64,000 nt of DNA from Eledone cirrhosa (Eukaryota). How positions within the stretch are numbered: the stretch's first letter is position 1; each line of letters opens with the position of its first letter. Positions 1 to 14,175 of the stretch are shown piece by piece. A program made the position numbers and the translations under genes. The notes beneath the pieces were generated by a model. The model had not been told where the DNA came from, did not search any database, and saw only the letters and a list, made by a program, of their open reading frames with translations. The stretch spans positions 200,446,001-200,510,000 of the forward strand of contig OZ024740.1 of NCBI GenBank assembly GCA_964016885.1, written 5' to 3'.

Positions 1-1030
1 TATTCTTATGTGGAGTGGTCTGGTGGAGCTAGCTACGCAGAAGTTGCTGCATTTGTCACACTCTAGTTTGTATACGACGTAAGCCTGGTGGCATAGGTTT
101 GTGTCGTTGAAGGGGCAGTTGGTTAGCCTGCAGAAGTTGTCATGTCTGTTGGAGTGTCTTTTGGTTTGCTGCGTAGAGAAGGACCTGAAAGGGCTAGTTG
201 GATATCTAGTCCCTCTCGTCTGATAGCTCTGCGGATAGCTGTTGTTGTTTCGTCACTGATGTTTGGGAGCTTCAGGAAGCAAGTGATAGTGCCTCGGGTG
301 TGGTGTCCTCTGTTCTTTCTGGCACGCTTCCTCATTTAAAAAACACCTAGTTAAATGCAAAAACACCGACAATACCATAACAGTTAGGATAGAAACTAAG
401 GAAAGAAACCTCGGCAATCTTAGAATTAAGGAAGCATTAATTATAGACAAAACACAACCACTAATCAATAATAGACTAGAACTCAACACCCAATTTATAA
501 CTTGATAGAGCATCTAGCCCCATATTTACCCCCCCCCCCCTCCCACACACACGCACACAGACACACACACAAACACACACACACTTACAGCTCCACTTAT
601 TCTCTCTCAGACACACACATACACACACAAAGACCAGTTCTAACACGAGAGAACATCTATCCCCCACATTTACGTATAGACATATCTTCTTACACTCACA
701 TACATACTTACACCTTCACGAATTCTCCCACACACTTAAACAGGCATGTACAACAACAACAACAACAACACTTTTAAAGGGAGACTACTCTTTATCCACC
801 TAACCTTAACTCTTTTATATTACAGATAGAACAGCTACTCTATACCATTTCCTGTCAGCATGACTTGGTAAGCTATTTAGAACACTGGTTTAACCGCTTT
901 ACTTCCCTCCGAAGAAGAGATATTATCTTGAAAATTAAGGACATTTAAATAAATCTAAGGTAAAAGATTAATTGTCGACGATACCTTTTGCATTTGCATT
1001 CTTTATTCTATATCCATACGTGCATTGTTT
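1..1030. mobile_element. Penelope-like element remnant: GIY-YIG fragment on minus strand (1-335) joined to the endonuclease C-terminus plus 3'UTR on plus strand (326-1030)
   Basis: Minus strand reads CRLTNCPFNDTNLCHQAYVVYKLECDKCSNFCVASSTRPLHIRI. Plus strand reads HASSFKKHLVKC...LRIKEALIIDKTQPLINNRLE*. This inverted arrangement is typical of PLEs. Confidence 0.7.
906..940 (+). ncRNA. Minimal type I hammerhead-like motif (U4C variant or degenerate)
   Basis: CCU-CCGAAGA-A-GAGAU(AUU)AUCUU-GAAA-AUUA-AGG in the PLE 3'UTR. Confidence 0.45.
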
Positions 1031-1445
1031 TGGCTTTATTTTACATATACAAACGTTTATACCTTATTACACAATGCGTCAAGTGAAATATGACTTCCTC
1101 CTATATATATGTATGTGTCTATAAATGTATGTGTATATATATATGTGTATGTATATGCATATAAATGTATGTGTATATATATATATATATGAATATATAT
1201 ACATGAATGTATATACATATATATATATATATAAATATATACATGTGTATAAGAATATATATATACATGTATGTATTTATATATATATATATATGTATAT
1301 ACATACATGTATATATATTCATATATATATATATACATACATTTATATACATATACATATATATACAGATAAATATATAGTGGTAGAATACTGGAAGGTA
1401 AAATCCGTAGTGGTAGAGCACTCAGTCCATGGGACGATTTCGTTA

Positions 1446-1517
1446 GAAGTGGTTACACAACAGTTAGGTTACCATACCGAGAACAATTGTTTCACCTTAG
1501 CGGATTACGAGCTGAGG

Positions 1518-1520
<3 letters not shown>
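1446..1520 (-). mobile_element. Short pLTR/HHR remnant of the Naiad family at 17587-18973
   Basis: aagtggttacacaacag...gagaacaattgtttcaccttagcggat matches 17587-17645; the last ~12 nt are inverted. Confidence 0.7.
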
Positions 1521-1558
<38 letters not shown>

Positions 1559-1591
1559 AATAATGGAGCTGCGGCGCTGCAAATGAGTTAC

Positions 1592-1918
1592 ATATGAAAA
1601 AGTTTGTCCTCATCAGTGGCCTTCAACCTGGTTGAAATGTGAGCAGGGAAGGAATTTCGCACAGGTCTAACGGGAAGAAGAAGGGGTCTGGTCTGCGAAT
1701 TCGGTAAACATAAATTCTGTGAAGTCGCAGACGAAAGAGAGAGAAGAAAAAAAAAAAAACTGTTGCTTAAACCATTTTGTTTGTTTACCCTAGCGTCCCC
1801 CTTATTTACGTGTCCCAACGACTTTTTTTAGCCGTTGCTCGCACCAACCTGAGGTATATGGCCTTTAATGCGACGAAATGCCTACGACGGTTGGAAGGCC
1901 ACTGATGAGGACAAACTT

Positions 1919-1926
<8 letters not shown>
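1592..1926. mobile_element. MITE-like element with ~37-bp terminal inverted repeats
   Basis: atatgaaaaagtttgtcctcatcagtggccttcaacc at 1592 and its reverse complement at 1889-1926; right end abuts (TA)n; no ORF. Confidence 0.65.
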
Positions 1927-1966
<40 letters not shown>

Positions 1967-1984
1967 ATATTTATTATATACCTA

Positions 1985-2192
1985 TATTTATTAAAATAAC
2001 AGATTAAAGTTTAAGCAAAGAATCGCTGTTTTCACCCGAAGATCCCGTTAAGGGTGAAAGCAGAGATTCTTTGCTTAAACTTTAATCTGTTATTTTAATA
2101 AATATTTGATCTACTGTTCTTATATATTTGATATATATTTATCCTTATCGAGCCCTCTTTGGATTTTAGTCTTCAAATTTATTATTATTACT
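1985..2192. mobile_element. Solo inverted pLTR remnant of Naiad family A
   Basis: 2038-2192 matches 14198-14352, and 1985-2037 is the reverse complement of its start (hairpin). Confidence 0.8.
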
Positions 2193-2203
2193 ATATGTAT
2201 AGT

Positions 2204-2215
<12 letters not shown>

Positions 2216-2289
<74 letters not shown>

Positions 2290-2594
2290 TGTGTGTGTGT
2301 GACGTTGCATACAACGTTTAAATTGCAAGCAGTATTTTAATACAGTACTTTCACATATACCCACAATTATACATACATTCAAGCATACATAAAAAATATT
2401 CTTATAAACGTACATAAAACATTCATAAAAACATAAACATTAATATACATGCATACATATCATACATACTTATATAACTACATACACACATACATACACA
2501 CATACATACATACATACATATATACATACATATATACATACATACATACAAACATACATACAAACATACATACATACATACATACATACATACA

Positions 2595-2628
<34 letters not shown>

Positions 2629-2705
2629 CATACATATATAACTACATACACACATGCATACATAGTTACATACAAACATACGTACATACAAACATACATA
2701 CACAG
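2216..2705. repeat. (TG)n and (CATA)n microsatellites
   Basis: Seen directly in sequence. Confidence 0.95.
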
Positions 2706-3393
2706 CTATATAGCTGAACAAAAATAAAGAAAACGGCAGGAAGAGAAATTGTGAGACAGTGAAATCGAACAAGAGAAAATCTGACATAGGAAGAGATGGA
2801 GAGTGAAAGAGGGAGAGGAAGAGAGAGGGAGAGAGGGAAGTGATAAGAAATCGAGAAAGAGCAGCATCATTACATAATATTAAAGATAGACATATCTAAA
2901 CGAAGCAATGTAATAACATTGCTGAACAAAATTTACTTTCTCGTAAGCGATCTCTCCTCCCAATGGAAACATAATTGCTCGTCTATTAAGCTACAATTCA
3001 CGTACGAAGGGGAAAAATAGAAAGTTTCTTTCTGCAGCATTATGACATCGAATATATTAAACATAACAGAATATACTTAATATCTTCGTCGGCGTGTGTT
3101 CTTCTAGATATTTCAGCTAAAATTAATTCACACAGAGTTCAGGCTGAGCAATCTACAGCTTATTATTATTTTGTTCTATTCACTAACGCAGTTTTACATT
3201 GACATGAGAAAATGGGGGCTAGAAAGGTTGTTGGCAATGTATATATAGAGGATCGATTAAAACATTTGCAAATACAAGTCAGTGAATGAAATACATCATT
3301 AATAAATGAAGCTAACGCCATCCTTTATTTAATGGTATGTATCGGCTCAATAGTAACTGAGCTTCAGAAATCCCTGTGGTATTTATATCTTTA

Positions 3394-6258
3394 CTTGCTG
3401 AGCTACCCGGTGATGCCCGGGTAGTTTATGAAAGATACAATATATTTGGCACACATTACAAACTATTTGACCATTCAAATATGATTGCTGAATTTTAACT
3501 AAAATAGGAATTATAGCAGAATGTTTATTGCCGTTTGGTCAAAATAAATCATTTAGATAAAAATATTAGTTTTTTCCAGTGGTGATTTTTTTGAATACTG
3601 TTCCTTATTACAGTCAGCATATATAATGCATTACTCATAGATGAATCATTAGGTATGTTGTCAGTGAAAAGGGCATGACAAAAAAAATACATTTAGATTT
3701 TTTCTAATTTATCCTTTTCTTTCTTTTTTTTTAATGAATCTGAACCTCTGAAATTCAAACATGTAAAGACTATTTTAAAAACCATAAATAAAATAAGAAA
3801 ATAAATTTAGCATTGGTTTATGATTGAATGAAGCATTTACTTACTCATTTCTGTAATTCGGGGAAAGTGTATTTAAATTTGTACACTGTAGCTTTCACCA
3901 ATCTTTGCCTCTATGGCAGTAGGATCTTGTTTGAGGGAGATTTGTTTTCTAATTCTATTATCTATACCAACAGTTATAGTGGCTCACATGACATACATAG
4001 ATACATACACACACATGTATGTGTGTGTAAGGTTTGAAATGTATTTTGCTAATATTTCTAGTAGATCGAGTTATCACATAGAACCATTCCTTTTTGCTTC
4101 ATACATATATACATACCTGAGAAAGTAAGGTGGGATTTGAAGGAAATTTGGCTGCTATTTCTACCCAACAAAGTTCTCACTTATACTACTTTATATAGCA
4201 GAGGTACTCGGGAATGCCTGCATATTCTTCTAAAGCAACACCATGCAGTTAATTTGCAGCTTCAGAACTCCTTGCAAACTACATGACTAAGGAGTTAGGA
4301 ACTGTGTGTATTGTCATTGAATGAGGAATTAGGACATTGCTAATTCCAAAGCCTCTGGATAAACAACATACTTAATTTTACCCTGTGGTGCCACAATGAA
4401 GAGATAATCAGGGTTCCCAACCCTTGTTGTGCCAACATACAATTGACCATGTCAAAAGACAGGATCTGCCAGATTAAACCCAACGACTTTCAATGATTGC
4501 CCTTGAGATTTATTAATGGTCATGGCAAAACTGAGCCTTATCGGAAATTGAAGTTTTTGAAATTCAAATGGCAAATCAGTTGACTTCAGAGGTATTCTGG
4601 GAATGAAACAATTGTCACCAGCAAATTTTCTTGACATGATTGCAACTTCTAGAACATTGGACATCATATTTTTGATGATGAGTCTTGTGCCATTACAACG
4701 TTTTGGAGGATCCAGATTGCAAAGTAGCATAACCGATGCTCCAAGCTTCAGTATCAGGATGTGTGGAAGAATTCCCGCTTGTTCAAGACTGTTCAAAAAT
4801 TCAGTTGGATAGTTTACACCTGGTCTTGAGAAGTGATTGTGTCAACTGATTTGTAGCATATTTTCTCTCCCGGTAACATCTCCAGCAGCCTTCTGTTGAT
4901 TTCTTTCACAGCAACATTTTTAGGTGCTAAGATTGCTCGTTCACAGAGCCATTTCGGATCACATTGCCATTTGTTTGGAAACACTATGGAAATCAGTTCT
5001 TGTTCTGTGTCAATGATATGGCCAAATGACAACTGAATATGGTCATTGGAGTCCTTTTCAAGAAGTCCATTTCCCAATTTAAGTAGTTGGATGGCAAACT
5101 CACTGACACCTTCGTCACCAGTTAAGTGCACTTGCATGTTGGTTGTAAGGCTCAGCAGCTGAAAGTGGGGCCAGAGATAGCATGTTTTCAAACAGGTATT
5201 GACCTGATCAGCTCGAGTCCCTCGAAGAATTACAGACAGAGTTTGTCTGAAATAACCAGAAAAAACCATTGTCACTCCTCACATTATGCAACTATTTTCT
5301 CTCAGATCCCTTATCGTCCGGTCCGAAGCTTCAATTGCTCCTTTATGGCTCATAGTAGCTTCATCCCAAATTATCATGTTGCATGTTTGCAGAAGCTTGC
5401 GCTTGGGTGAGTTCTTCTTGATGTTGCAAAAAGATTGTTCATGCCATGTGAGATCTATGGGCAGCTTAAACATGGAGTGTGCAGTTCTTCCTCCATCCAG
5501 AAGTGTTGCTGCAATGCCACTTGAAGCCACGGCAGGGGCAATATGTTGCTTTTGGCGAACTCTTGCAAGCAGGAGGTTTATGAGGAATGTCTTGCCTGTG
5601 CCAGCAGGAGTATCGATGAAGAAAAGTCCTCCCTTGTCATTTTGAATGTTTTCGATGATGTTGTGGTAGGTGTATTTCTAGTCATCCATTAATCGATGTT
5701 CATTTCCATCCACAAACTTACGCAATGCTTGAATATCGTACGTTGTCTCCTGAAAAATGTCTTGTGCTACCTCTATTTCTTCATCTGACTCTGGCATCCC
5801 GCAGTTAGCTAATGTGCTATTCATTGCCTGAACTCGATGGGACAGGTCACAGAGAGCTTGATTGTAAATCCTGGGGGTATATTCCATATACATATTGCCA
5901 TATACATATTGTCTTCGGGCTAAGTGTAGATAGTCGTCCGACATATTGTTTTTGTACCCCTGCAAGAGTAGATGAGCTTCATCAATTCCACATGCTGTGA
6001 GCATAATAACAAATAATTGTCTTATTTGGCTGGCTACTTGAGTGATTGCTGCTTCTTTTAGGCACTTCTTCCAGTGTCCATTGTGATGCAGGATTCCATA
6101 CTGTTTATATGCTTCTTGGTATGTTGCGCACTCCTTTCCCCTGAAACACCTAAGATCCTCAAATGGCGTTGGTCCTCGAACAGTATGCAGAAGTAACCGT
6201 AAATAAAAACATTCTCTGTTGTTGGGATGGACATTGTAAACACGACCAATAGCATCTC
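3394..6258 (-). mobile_element. Decayed Helitron (HLE1): 3' half of RepHel (Pif1 helicase) plus 3' terminus
   Basis: AIGRVYNVHPNNRECFYLRLLLHTVRGPT, FFIDTPAGTGKTFL, IIWDEATM, ERAILAPKN and [13 protein letters not shown], interrupted by stops. 3' hairpin ctacccgg-gcatca-ccgggtag (3403-3424) is followed by CAAG|T (degenerate CTAG|T). Confidence 0.9.
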
Positions 6259-8043
6259 CCACCAGGCTACCCACGACAAGCGCCAACCTTTTTGCTAACA
6301 CGTTGGCCAAAATCTTTAACTCTGTGTTTAGCAGGGTTATGGGGCGAAAATTATTTATACTATCCCCCTTTTTCTCGTCCTTCCTCACCAGCGAGACTAC
6401 GCCCTTGGCTACAGAACAAGGAATTCTCCCGTTCTGCTGCCAATTGCAGTAGACTGCTTCGACGAGTTCAGAGAAGAAGACCGGCATTGCTAAATAAATT
6501 TCGTTAGGTATACCATCGAGACCTGGAGATTTGCGTCTGCTGCATTGGCTCAGCGCATCCCCGATCTCATCAGCCGAGATTGGTCCCTCGCAGGACTCTG
6601 CCTCTTCGCTCGAGAGACGCGGCAGGCCGTCGAGGTATGGACCGAAATCCACGTCCCCGCCCGGACCCTCGCCTCCCCCGAACAATCGGGCAAAGTGCCT
6701 TTGAAAGGCCTCGCACATTTGCTTAGGCTCCCGGATCACCCGTCCATCTTCGTCTTGCAAAGACCGGATGGTGGATCGATTTCCACTCTTAGATTCTGTC
6801 ACGCGGGCCCAGCCAACGGCTTTGGCCCCCTCATTACCTAGAGCACGTATTTTACTTCAAATGACGCAGCCTTCGTGCTTTGCATCGAAAAACTGTCTCA
6901 AGGCCGTCCTCGATGCCAGCACTGTGGCCACATCTTCGCTCTTGATTGCCTCTTCTAATTTACCTGTTAATTCTTTCTCGTTCCTATTCCTATCGGCAGC
7001 TAACATCTTGCTATAACTTATTGATTTTGTTCTAATCTCTCTTTTGAGAGATGCCCACCATCGGTTGTTGATGATTGCACCCGTCAACCTCTCCTTAATC
7101 CGGTCTCTGTAAGCCTCTTTTGCCGGTAAAGACAAATTAAGTTTCCACTAACCGGGACCCTGTTTATGTGTTCTCTCGAGGTTGACTACGCAGGTCACTA
7201 ATTTGTGATCTTTTTAGCGAACCGTGAGCATTTCTGGACAACTTAATATGTCACTATCCTTACTTCTAACTAAGAATCTATCTAAGTACGATCTAGATTG
7301 ACCACTGTGGTTCGTCCAAGTCTAGGTTGGCACAGTTGGAAAATCTAGTCGATATCTATCGACCAAGTTAAAACGGACGAGTAACCCTTGAGGCTGTTAC
7401 ACCCCCCTCTATTAGGACATGCTCCTGCATAGTCCCAACGTGCATCTAGGATGTCATTCCAGTCCCCCGCTAGAAGCAGGGAACGCGACGTTCCCAGAAA
7501 AGTCTCCAGACGCTGGAAGACGTAGGGTCGTTCAGCTCCGAAAGGGGAGTAGACGGCGACCAGTCTCAAGGCCGCACCTCCACTACTGCCAACGTCTAGC
7601 ACCAACAAACGACCTTCCGGGTCCGAGTGAACAACCTGTACGGCGAGACCCACGTGTTTTTCCAGCAGTACGACAACCGCACCCCCACCTCCAGGTTGAC
7701 AGAGAGATGCGTGCACCTCAAAGTCATCGAAGGTAGGGGCCTGCTGCCGCACGATGCTGATCCGAGTCTCACAGATAACTATTACATTTACGCCATGCTT
7801 TCCAGCATAGTTACGTCCCTTTACGATCTGAGTTCAAATCCCGCCGAGGTTGACTTTGCCTTTCATCCTTACGGGTCGATAAAATAAAGTACCAGTAACA
7901 CACTGGGTAATTGCTGGCCTTATGCCTAAAGTAGAAACAATTACATTCATACCACGTGACCTGAGGTCATTTAGAAGCTTTGCTTGCTTCCAAGTTGAGC
8001 CCAGGCCACGTGCATTCAAACATCCTACTCTTAACACATCCAT
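6259..8043 (-). pseudogene. LINE ORF2 (APE endonuclease plus partial RT), broken by a SINE, frameshifts and stops
   Basis: ORF pieces 7834-8043, 7345-7752, 6857-7135 and 6259-6802. Confidence 0.85.
7789..7939 (+). mobile_element. tRNA-type SINE, 5'-truncated, inserted in the LINE APE domain with an 8-bp TSD
   Basis: B-box gagttcaaatccc; core gactttgcctttcatccttacgggtcgataaaataaagtaccag; TSD attacatt at 7781-7788 and 7940-7947; same family as 40095. Confidence 0.9.
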
Positions 8044-8411
8044 GTGGGCGGCAAAGCCAAAGGAGAGTGTGGAGACCTACCTTTCTGCTTCCCGGGGTTC
8101 GGGTCGCAAGAGTTCCATGGGGTCGGGGGTGTTGGGTGAAGGGGTGTCTTGTGGTGGTGTGGGGTCGTCAGTGTGTGGTGGGGTTGGGGTGTTTGGAGTT
8201 GTGTTGGGGAGGGGGAAAGCTTTTTAGGAGGACGCGGTTTATCGGTTTGACAGAGGGTGGTCCTACGTCCTCCTTAAAATCCTTTTTTAGTTTTTGGTAG
8301 AGGCTCATTGGAACCTTTATTAATTTTAATTGTGGGTTGTTTCTGAAAAAACAAAGTTTACCCCCTTCGGTTTGTACCGAAGGGTTATTGTTTATGAGTT
8401 CATTTAATTTA

Positions 8412-9839
8412 TTATTGTTTCTGTTGATGTAAGTATAGTGTAATGTCTTTTTTTCGGATGGTGTGATGTGTTTCGAAGAGGGGAGGGGCAGGTTTGGTTT
8501 TGTTTGTTGCTGGAGGGGTGTTTTGTGTTTTGTTGGATTGTGTTAACATTTGGGTAGGGGCTTTTTGGCCTTGTGTGTTTTGCACATGTTTTCTTTTTTT
8601 CCTTTTAATCTGTCTGAAGGACTCCGTTTCTTCCTCCGAATTCGTTGGGTTATCTTCAGTGTTGGAGGGAAGAGGTATGTTTGCTGGTAGTGTTTTCGTG
8701 TTAGTTTTCTTTGTGGGGGAGATGGATGTCACTATGTTAGACTGTGTTGTGTGTTGTGGCTGCGGTGGTTGTGTTGTTTTATTGAGTGAGGGGTTGGGTG
8801 GGACTGTGTTTTGTTTTTGGGTAATGTGTTGTGTCTGTCTGTGCTGTGGTGGTGGTGTAGTTTTACTGAGGGACGTGTTGGGTGGGACTGAGTTTTGTTG
8901 TTTGTTTATCTGTTGTGGTGGTGGTGGAGCTGGTGTTGGTAGCAGGGTTTTCTTCTTGTTGAGTTGGGGACAAGCCGCCTTCAGGTGCCCTCTGCCTGCA
9001 CAAATATGACAGGACGGCCTTCTTCCCTCCACGCTAATGTTTATATACCCATGGCCCTCTAATAGGATTATGTCGGGTATTTGGGCAATGCATTCAGGCT
9101 TCATTTGCAGTACAAGTTCTATACCTGTCCCACTGAACGCATTGCCTGTGGTTTTCCCAATGGAAATCACGTTGTCATTCGCTGGATCGATGAAGCCAGC
9201 TATGAGCCAGCAGTAGTCCATATCTGGCATCATCGCATCCAGCCATATGCGTTGAGGTCTTTTACCCATATAAGATGGATAAAAGGTAAAATTTGTCGAA
9301 CGAATCGGCGACAAAGCATATTTTTTCGCCGCCGATTCGTTCTTCATAATAATGGCCAGGCTTCCATACAGCCTGTCTCTTCTTATGAAAGTGGCTTCAT
9401 TAAATACTTCTCTACCGCTTTAATTTGTACTTGGGTTGGTTGTTGCAGCTTTTATGAGATGTTGTTGATGGTGCGGAAAACGACCGTCCGACTTTCAATA
9501 TCTTTGGTGAGTTCTTGGGGCATTTTTACCAACAAGGCTCCATTTTCCTCTTGAGTTATGAATTGTTTGGCGTTTTTTTTTTCTTTGTGCTACATCTGAA
9601 ATATTTTCAGGTATGTACGTTAAAGATTTTTTTGTTGTTTGTGCAAATGAGATGTTATTGGTGTTGACTTTGTCGTCTGTTTTGCTTTCTGTTATGATGT
9701 TGTTGTTTTCAAATGTTATTTTTGTGTTTGTTGTTTCTTTGTTTGTGGTATTAATATTGTCATGCAATTCTTTCAAATTTTTTTTGGTGTTGGAATTAAT
9801 CTCCTGATTTGTGTTTTCGTCGACATTTTTCATCCGCAC
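8412..9839 (-). pseudogene. LINE ORF1 (gag-like, CCHC zinc knuckle), disrupted
   Basis: ORFs 9495-9839 and 8412-9347; CHICAGRGHLKAAC (CX2CX4HX4C) followed by a Pro/Thr/Gln-rich tail. Confidence 0.75.
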
Positions 9840-10335
9840 ATTCGTCTGTTTTTCTTTTATTTTTTCTTTCCTTCTATATGACGTTAGTTGGGAAGAAAGG
9901 GGGGACTAAAGCGTGCGAGCCTACAACTCTTACCGCTGTCCCCCACCACTATTTTCGTTAGCTTCATTTAACATTTCTCCCAGACGATTGAAATTTTATG
10001 CGACAAAATTTTTTTAAAAACAGGTTTTTCACCCCTGGAAGGAGCGAAAATGAGCTGACCCACCGCCTTACAGTTCAGACGGGGGGTCAAGCTACACAAT
10101 AGTATCAAAATTAAAATTAAACTTACAAAATTTCCGCAATAAATTGGAACAAAACTTCTGCGCGAAGTGAATTACGTCTACGCTATCGAACAGACGACAG
10201 CTAGATTGGATATATATAGATATAGATAGTTGGATGGATAGATGTATATATCATATTAATATACATATAGACACACACACATTTCTCCCTCCCCCACTGT
10301 CTCTTTATCTAACAATCTATCTATCTATCTATATC

Positions 10336-10385
<50 letters not shown>

Positions 10386-10388
<3 letters not shown>

Positions 10389-11992
10389 TGCCCCGCAAAA
10401 GTTTACAACACATTAGGAAAAATGCGGTTTTAGGTATTTTTAATAAAGTTAGGGTAATGAAAATTTAACTACCGATAGAACATATAATGAGGCATTTAAT
10501 GATACAATCATAGTTTTAAAAAAATAACAAGGAAATAACTCATGAAGAAAAATCAATATTTTTATAACGCAAAAGTTTACAACACATTTATTAAATCATC
10601 TCTTAATATTTCGTAGCTTAATCTTTGTTGCTAATTACAGCCTGTAGGCGTTTGGAGTAGCCTCCTACAAACTTCTTGCATGTTTCTTGGCTAATATTTA
10701 TCCATTCTTCACAACAAACTTTCTTTAGTTCAGGGATATTTTGGGGTTTCCTTTTTTTAATTCTCTCCACAAATTTTCGATCGGGTTAAGATCTGGAGAC
10801 TGACTTGGCCATTTTAGAACATTTATTCCATTCGTACTTAACCAAGATTGTGTTAGCTTTGCAGTATGCTTTGGATTGTTATCTTGTTGAAAAAACCAAC
10901 CTGGCTTTAAGCTGAGAGAATGTGCACTTTGATGTAAATTCCTTTGGAAAATACCTCTATAGTAAGTCCCACCCATTCTTCCTTCTATTATTTCAATATG
11001 TCCTACTCCTGTGGCACTAAAGCAACCCCAGACCATGATTGATCCACCTCCAAATTTTACAGTTGGAATAGTATTCTTCAGCGAATATTCAGTACCTTTC
11101 TTTCTCCAGACTTTTGCCACAGCATTTCGACCAAAAAGTTAAATTTTTCTTTCGTCCGACTAAAGTACATCTTCCCAAAATGACGCAGGTTTGATAAGAT
11201 GCTCATTTGCAAAGTTTAATCGACGAAGAACGTGTTTCCTCGTAAGAAGTGATGTTTTCCTTGGAGACCTCGAGAAGATATTATATCGACGAAGTGAACG
11301 ACTAATTGTATCTATCTGTGCTCACTTTTACTCCACTTTCTTCTAGGTCATCCTGAAGATTTTTAAGAGTACACCGGGGTTCGTTGCCAACGTTTCTCGT
11401 CAATAACGGAGCTGCACGTTCCGTTATCTTTCTAGGACAACCAGAACTAATTAGAGGACAGATGGAATGATGAGATTTCCAGTGACGAATGATTGTACCA
11501 ACTTAACTCAATGGCACATTTAACTGACAAGATATGTTTCTATAACCAACACCATTTGTATGAAGGTCTACAATGCGTTTACAGAGGTCTTGATCAATCA
11601 GTTTATTTTTCCCCATATTGTCCATGTTTACAGGACGGTTGTCAATGTTTACAGGATGGTTGTCAGACAAATAATGATGTAATGTTTTTAATAGTCCTTA
11701 GAAGTTACCTTAAACCTAATCTAGAACATTCTACTGAAGTTGAAATCTGAAAATTTAAGAATTTTCTTGAAAAAAAGCGATAAATATAAAATGTGTTGTA
11801 AACTTTTCCGTTATAAAAATATTGATTTTTCTTCATGTGTTATTTCCTTGTTATTTTTTTAAAAATATGATTGTATCATTAAATGCCTCATTATATATTC
11901 TATCAGTAGCTAACTTTTCATTACCCTAACTTTATTAAAAATACCTAAAACTGCATTTTTCCTAATGTATTGTAAACTTTTGCGGGGCACTG
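10386..11992 (-). mobile_element. Tc1/mariner transposon, IR/DR type, ~200-bp TIRs, inserted in (TA)n
   Basis: TA|cagtgccccgcaaaagtttacaa...ttgtaaacttttgcggggcactg|TA; direct repeat cgcaaaagtttacaacacatt at both ends of each TIR. Confidence 0.95.
10605..11620 (-). pseudogene. Tc1-type DD34E transposase, decayed
   Basis: [24 protein letters not shown] and [15 protein letters not shown], with stops and frameshifts; ends approximate. Confidence 0.9.
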
Positions 11993-12118
<126 letters not shown>

Positions 12119-12291
12119 TACTCTATCTCAAAATTACTTTTGAAAAGCATTTAGAAATGCGCAACCGGTAAAAACTTAAAAACTTAAAACCACAACTGAA
12201 TACTAACCCATACAATCACTAATACTCTTTTATTCCTAATTAAACCAATTTTCAACTGTGAACAATTTGTCAGCTTTTTCTATTCCGTTTA

Positions 12292-12357
<66 letters not shown>

Positions 12358-12532
12358 AGCAAGTAGTAAAAAGGAAAAAAATACAGTAGATAATGCTGGA
12401 CGGATTTTTTCAGTATAATACCAAACATTTATTTATAAAGTGGTACCGGTTTCAGCATTAAATGCTTTTTCAACGATGGAAGTGTAGTGTGCAGTTAAAT
12501 TGCATATGTATACGAATAACAATAAAATGGAG

Positions 12533-12606
<74 letters not shown>

Positions 12607-14175
12607 ATAATAATAAAATTGAAGACTAAAATCCAGAGAGGGCTCGATAAGGAAAATATATATCAAATATATAAGAACCGAAGAGCAAATATTTATTAAA
12701 ATAACAGATTAAAGATTAAGCAAAGAATCGCTGCTTTCACCCTTAACGGGATCTTCTGAAACTAACAAAGTCAATCTGTAAACGCAGAACTGGATATTTC
12801 AAAAAACGTTGCAACCGGAGGAAGACAGGAAGACGATACTTTGGATCATGTCCCCTATCCGGGGAATGCCTCTCTAGTAACATTGTCTACAAATGTAAGG
12901 TTGTAACACCCACGTCCCGTAGGGCCTACATAGGGTTAACCGCCAATAGTTTCAAGCAGCGTCTTTACATGCATACCCATTCTTTTCGTTACCCTCTAAG
13001 AAGGAATATGACGTCACTTTCAGCTTATATCTGGAGTCTAAAAGACAACCACACCCAATATAAGTTACACTGGGAGATCCTAGCTAGGGCTAGATCGTAT
13101 AACGTAAATAAAAGACCATGTAACCTCTGCGCCGCTGAGGCCCTGGAAATACTCTACGCCACAGACCACATCTTAAACAAAAAATCTGAGGCAATTTCGG
13201 CTTGTAAACATAAATTGCACAAAACTTTCCTGTATTACAGCCCTACGTTATACCCTAACGGATAGCACGATCTATACGTGGATATTTACGTCTTGATGTG
13301 GGGGCTAAGTATATGTTTTGTTTATTCCTTTACATTTTGCATAGGTAAGTATATATTACCCGTATGTTTTGTGAAGGTATGTATGCCTTCTCGTACGTAT
13401 ATTTGACTGTTTTGGCGTATAATTTTTACATATTCTGGTATTTAGGGCTTGGTTATGTGTATATGGGAGTTTCGCGTCTGCGTGAGTATGCAGGTTCGTA
13501 CGTATGGTGGGTGTGTGTATATGTGTACTTCTTGTTTTAGTTGACTTACGCCTCCGAACCTTCATGTATTTATTTGTAGGTATGTGTGTGCGCTTGTTAT
13601 ATACGTACTTATTTACTTATATACGTTTATATAATTATTTATTTATTTGTACACAAGCATACACACATACGCATATTTATATGTGCGTGGTTTTGTATAC
13701 CTGTGGTAAGGTTTTGCGTATGCTTGTGTATGTACGTATCTGTTTGCGTGTATGTATTTATTTGTTCCTATTACTTATGTATTGTATTTATTTACTTTGT
13801 TCTTAACTCTGTAGCGGAGATTCATTCGGTCTCCTAGTTAGAATTTTAGTCTACGACTTCTGCTATACCATTTACGTGGTTTTGTCTTTGCATGCTATTG
13901 TTCTCCACGCTACACATATGACTTATTATCTTCGTTTTTTCGTTCATTGCCAGAGAACGTCTCTATGCACCACTTAGAGAACATTAGTCTACGACCTCTT
14001 TTATACCATAAACGTGGTTCTGTCCTTGCACGTAATTGTTTTTCACCGCTCCTATTAATGACGTATTATTCGTTTTTTCCCGTTCTTTGCCAGCGAACGT
14101 CACCATGAACCAAAGTATCGTCTTCCTGTCTTCCTCCGGTTGCAACGTTTTTTGAAATATCCAGTTCTGCGTTTA

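Larger units (their letters stand above)
6259..10198 (-). mobile_element. L1/Tx1-clade LINE, truncated at the 3' end within RT
   Basis: ORF1 has a zinc knuckle. ORF2 has APE (MDVLRVGCLNARGL, LLAGDWN) and RT N-terminus (KSPGLDGIP, NFRPITLLNTELKILA). The 5' boundary is approximate. Confidence 0.85.

Noticed and set aside
1057-2787. ORFs rich in YI/CV/HT (also at 30.8, 34, 35.4-36.1 and 38.8 kb)
   Set aside because: These are translations of microsatellites.
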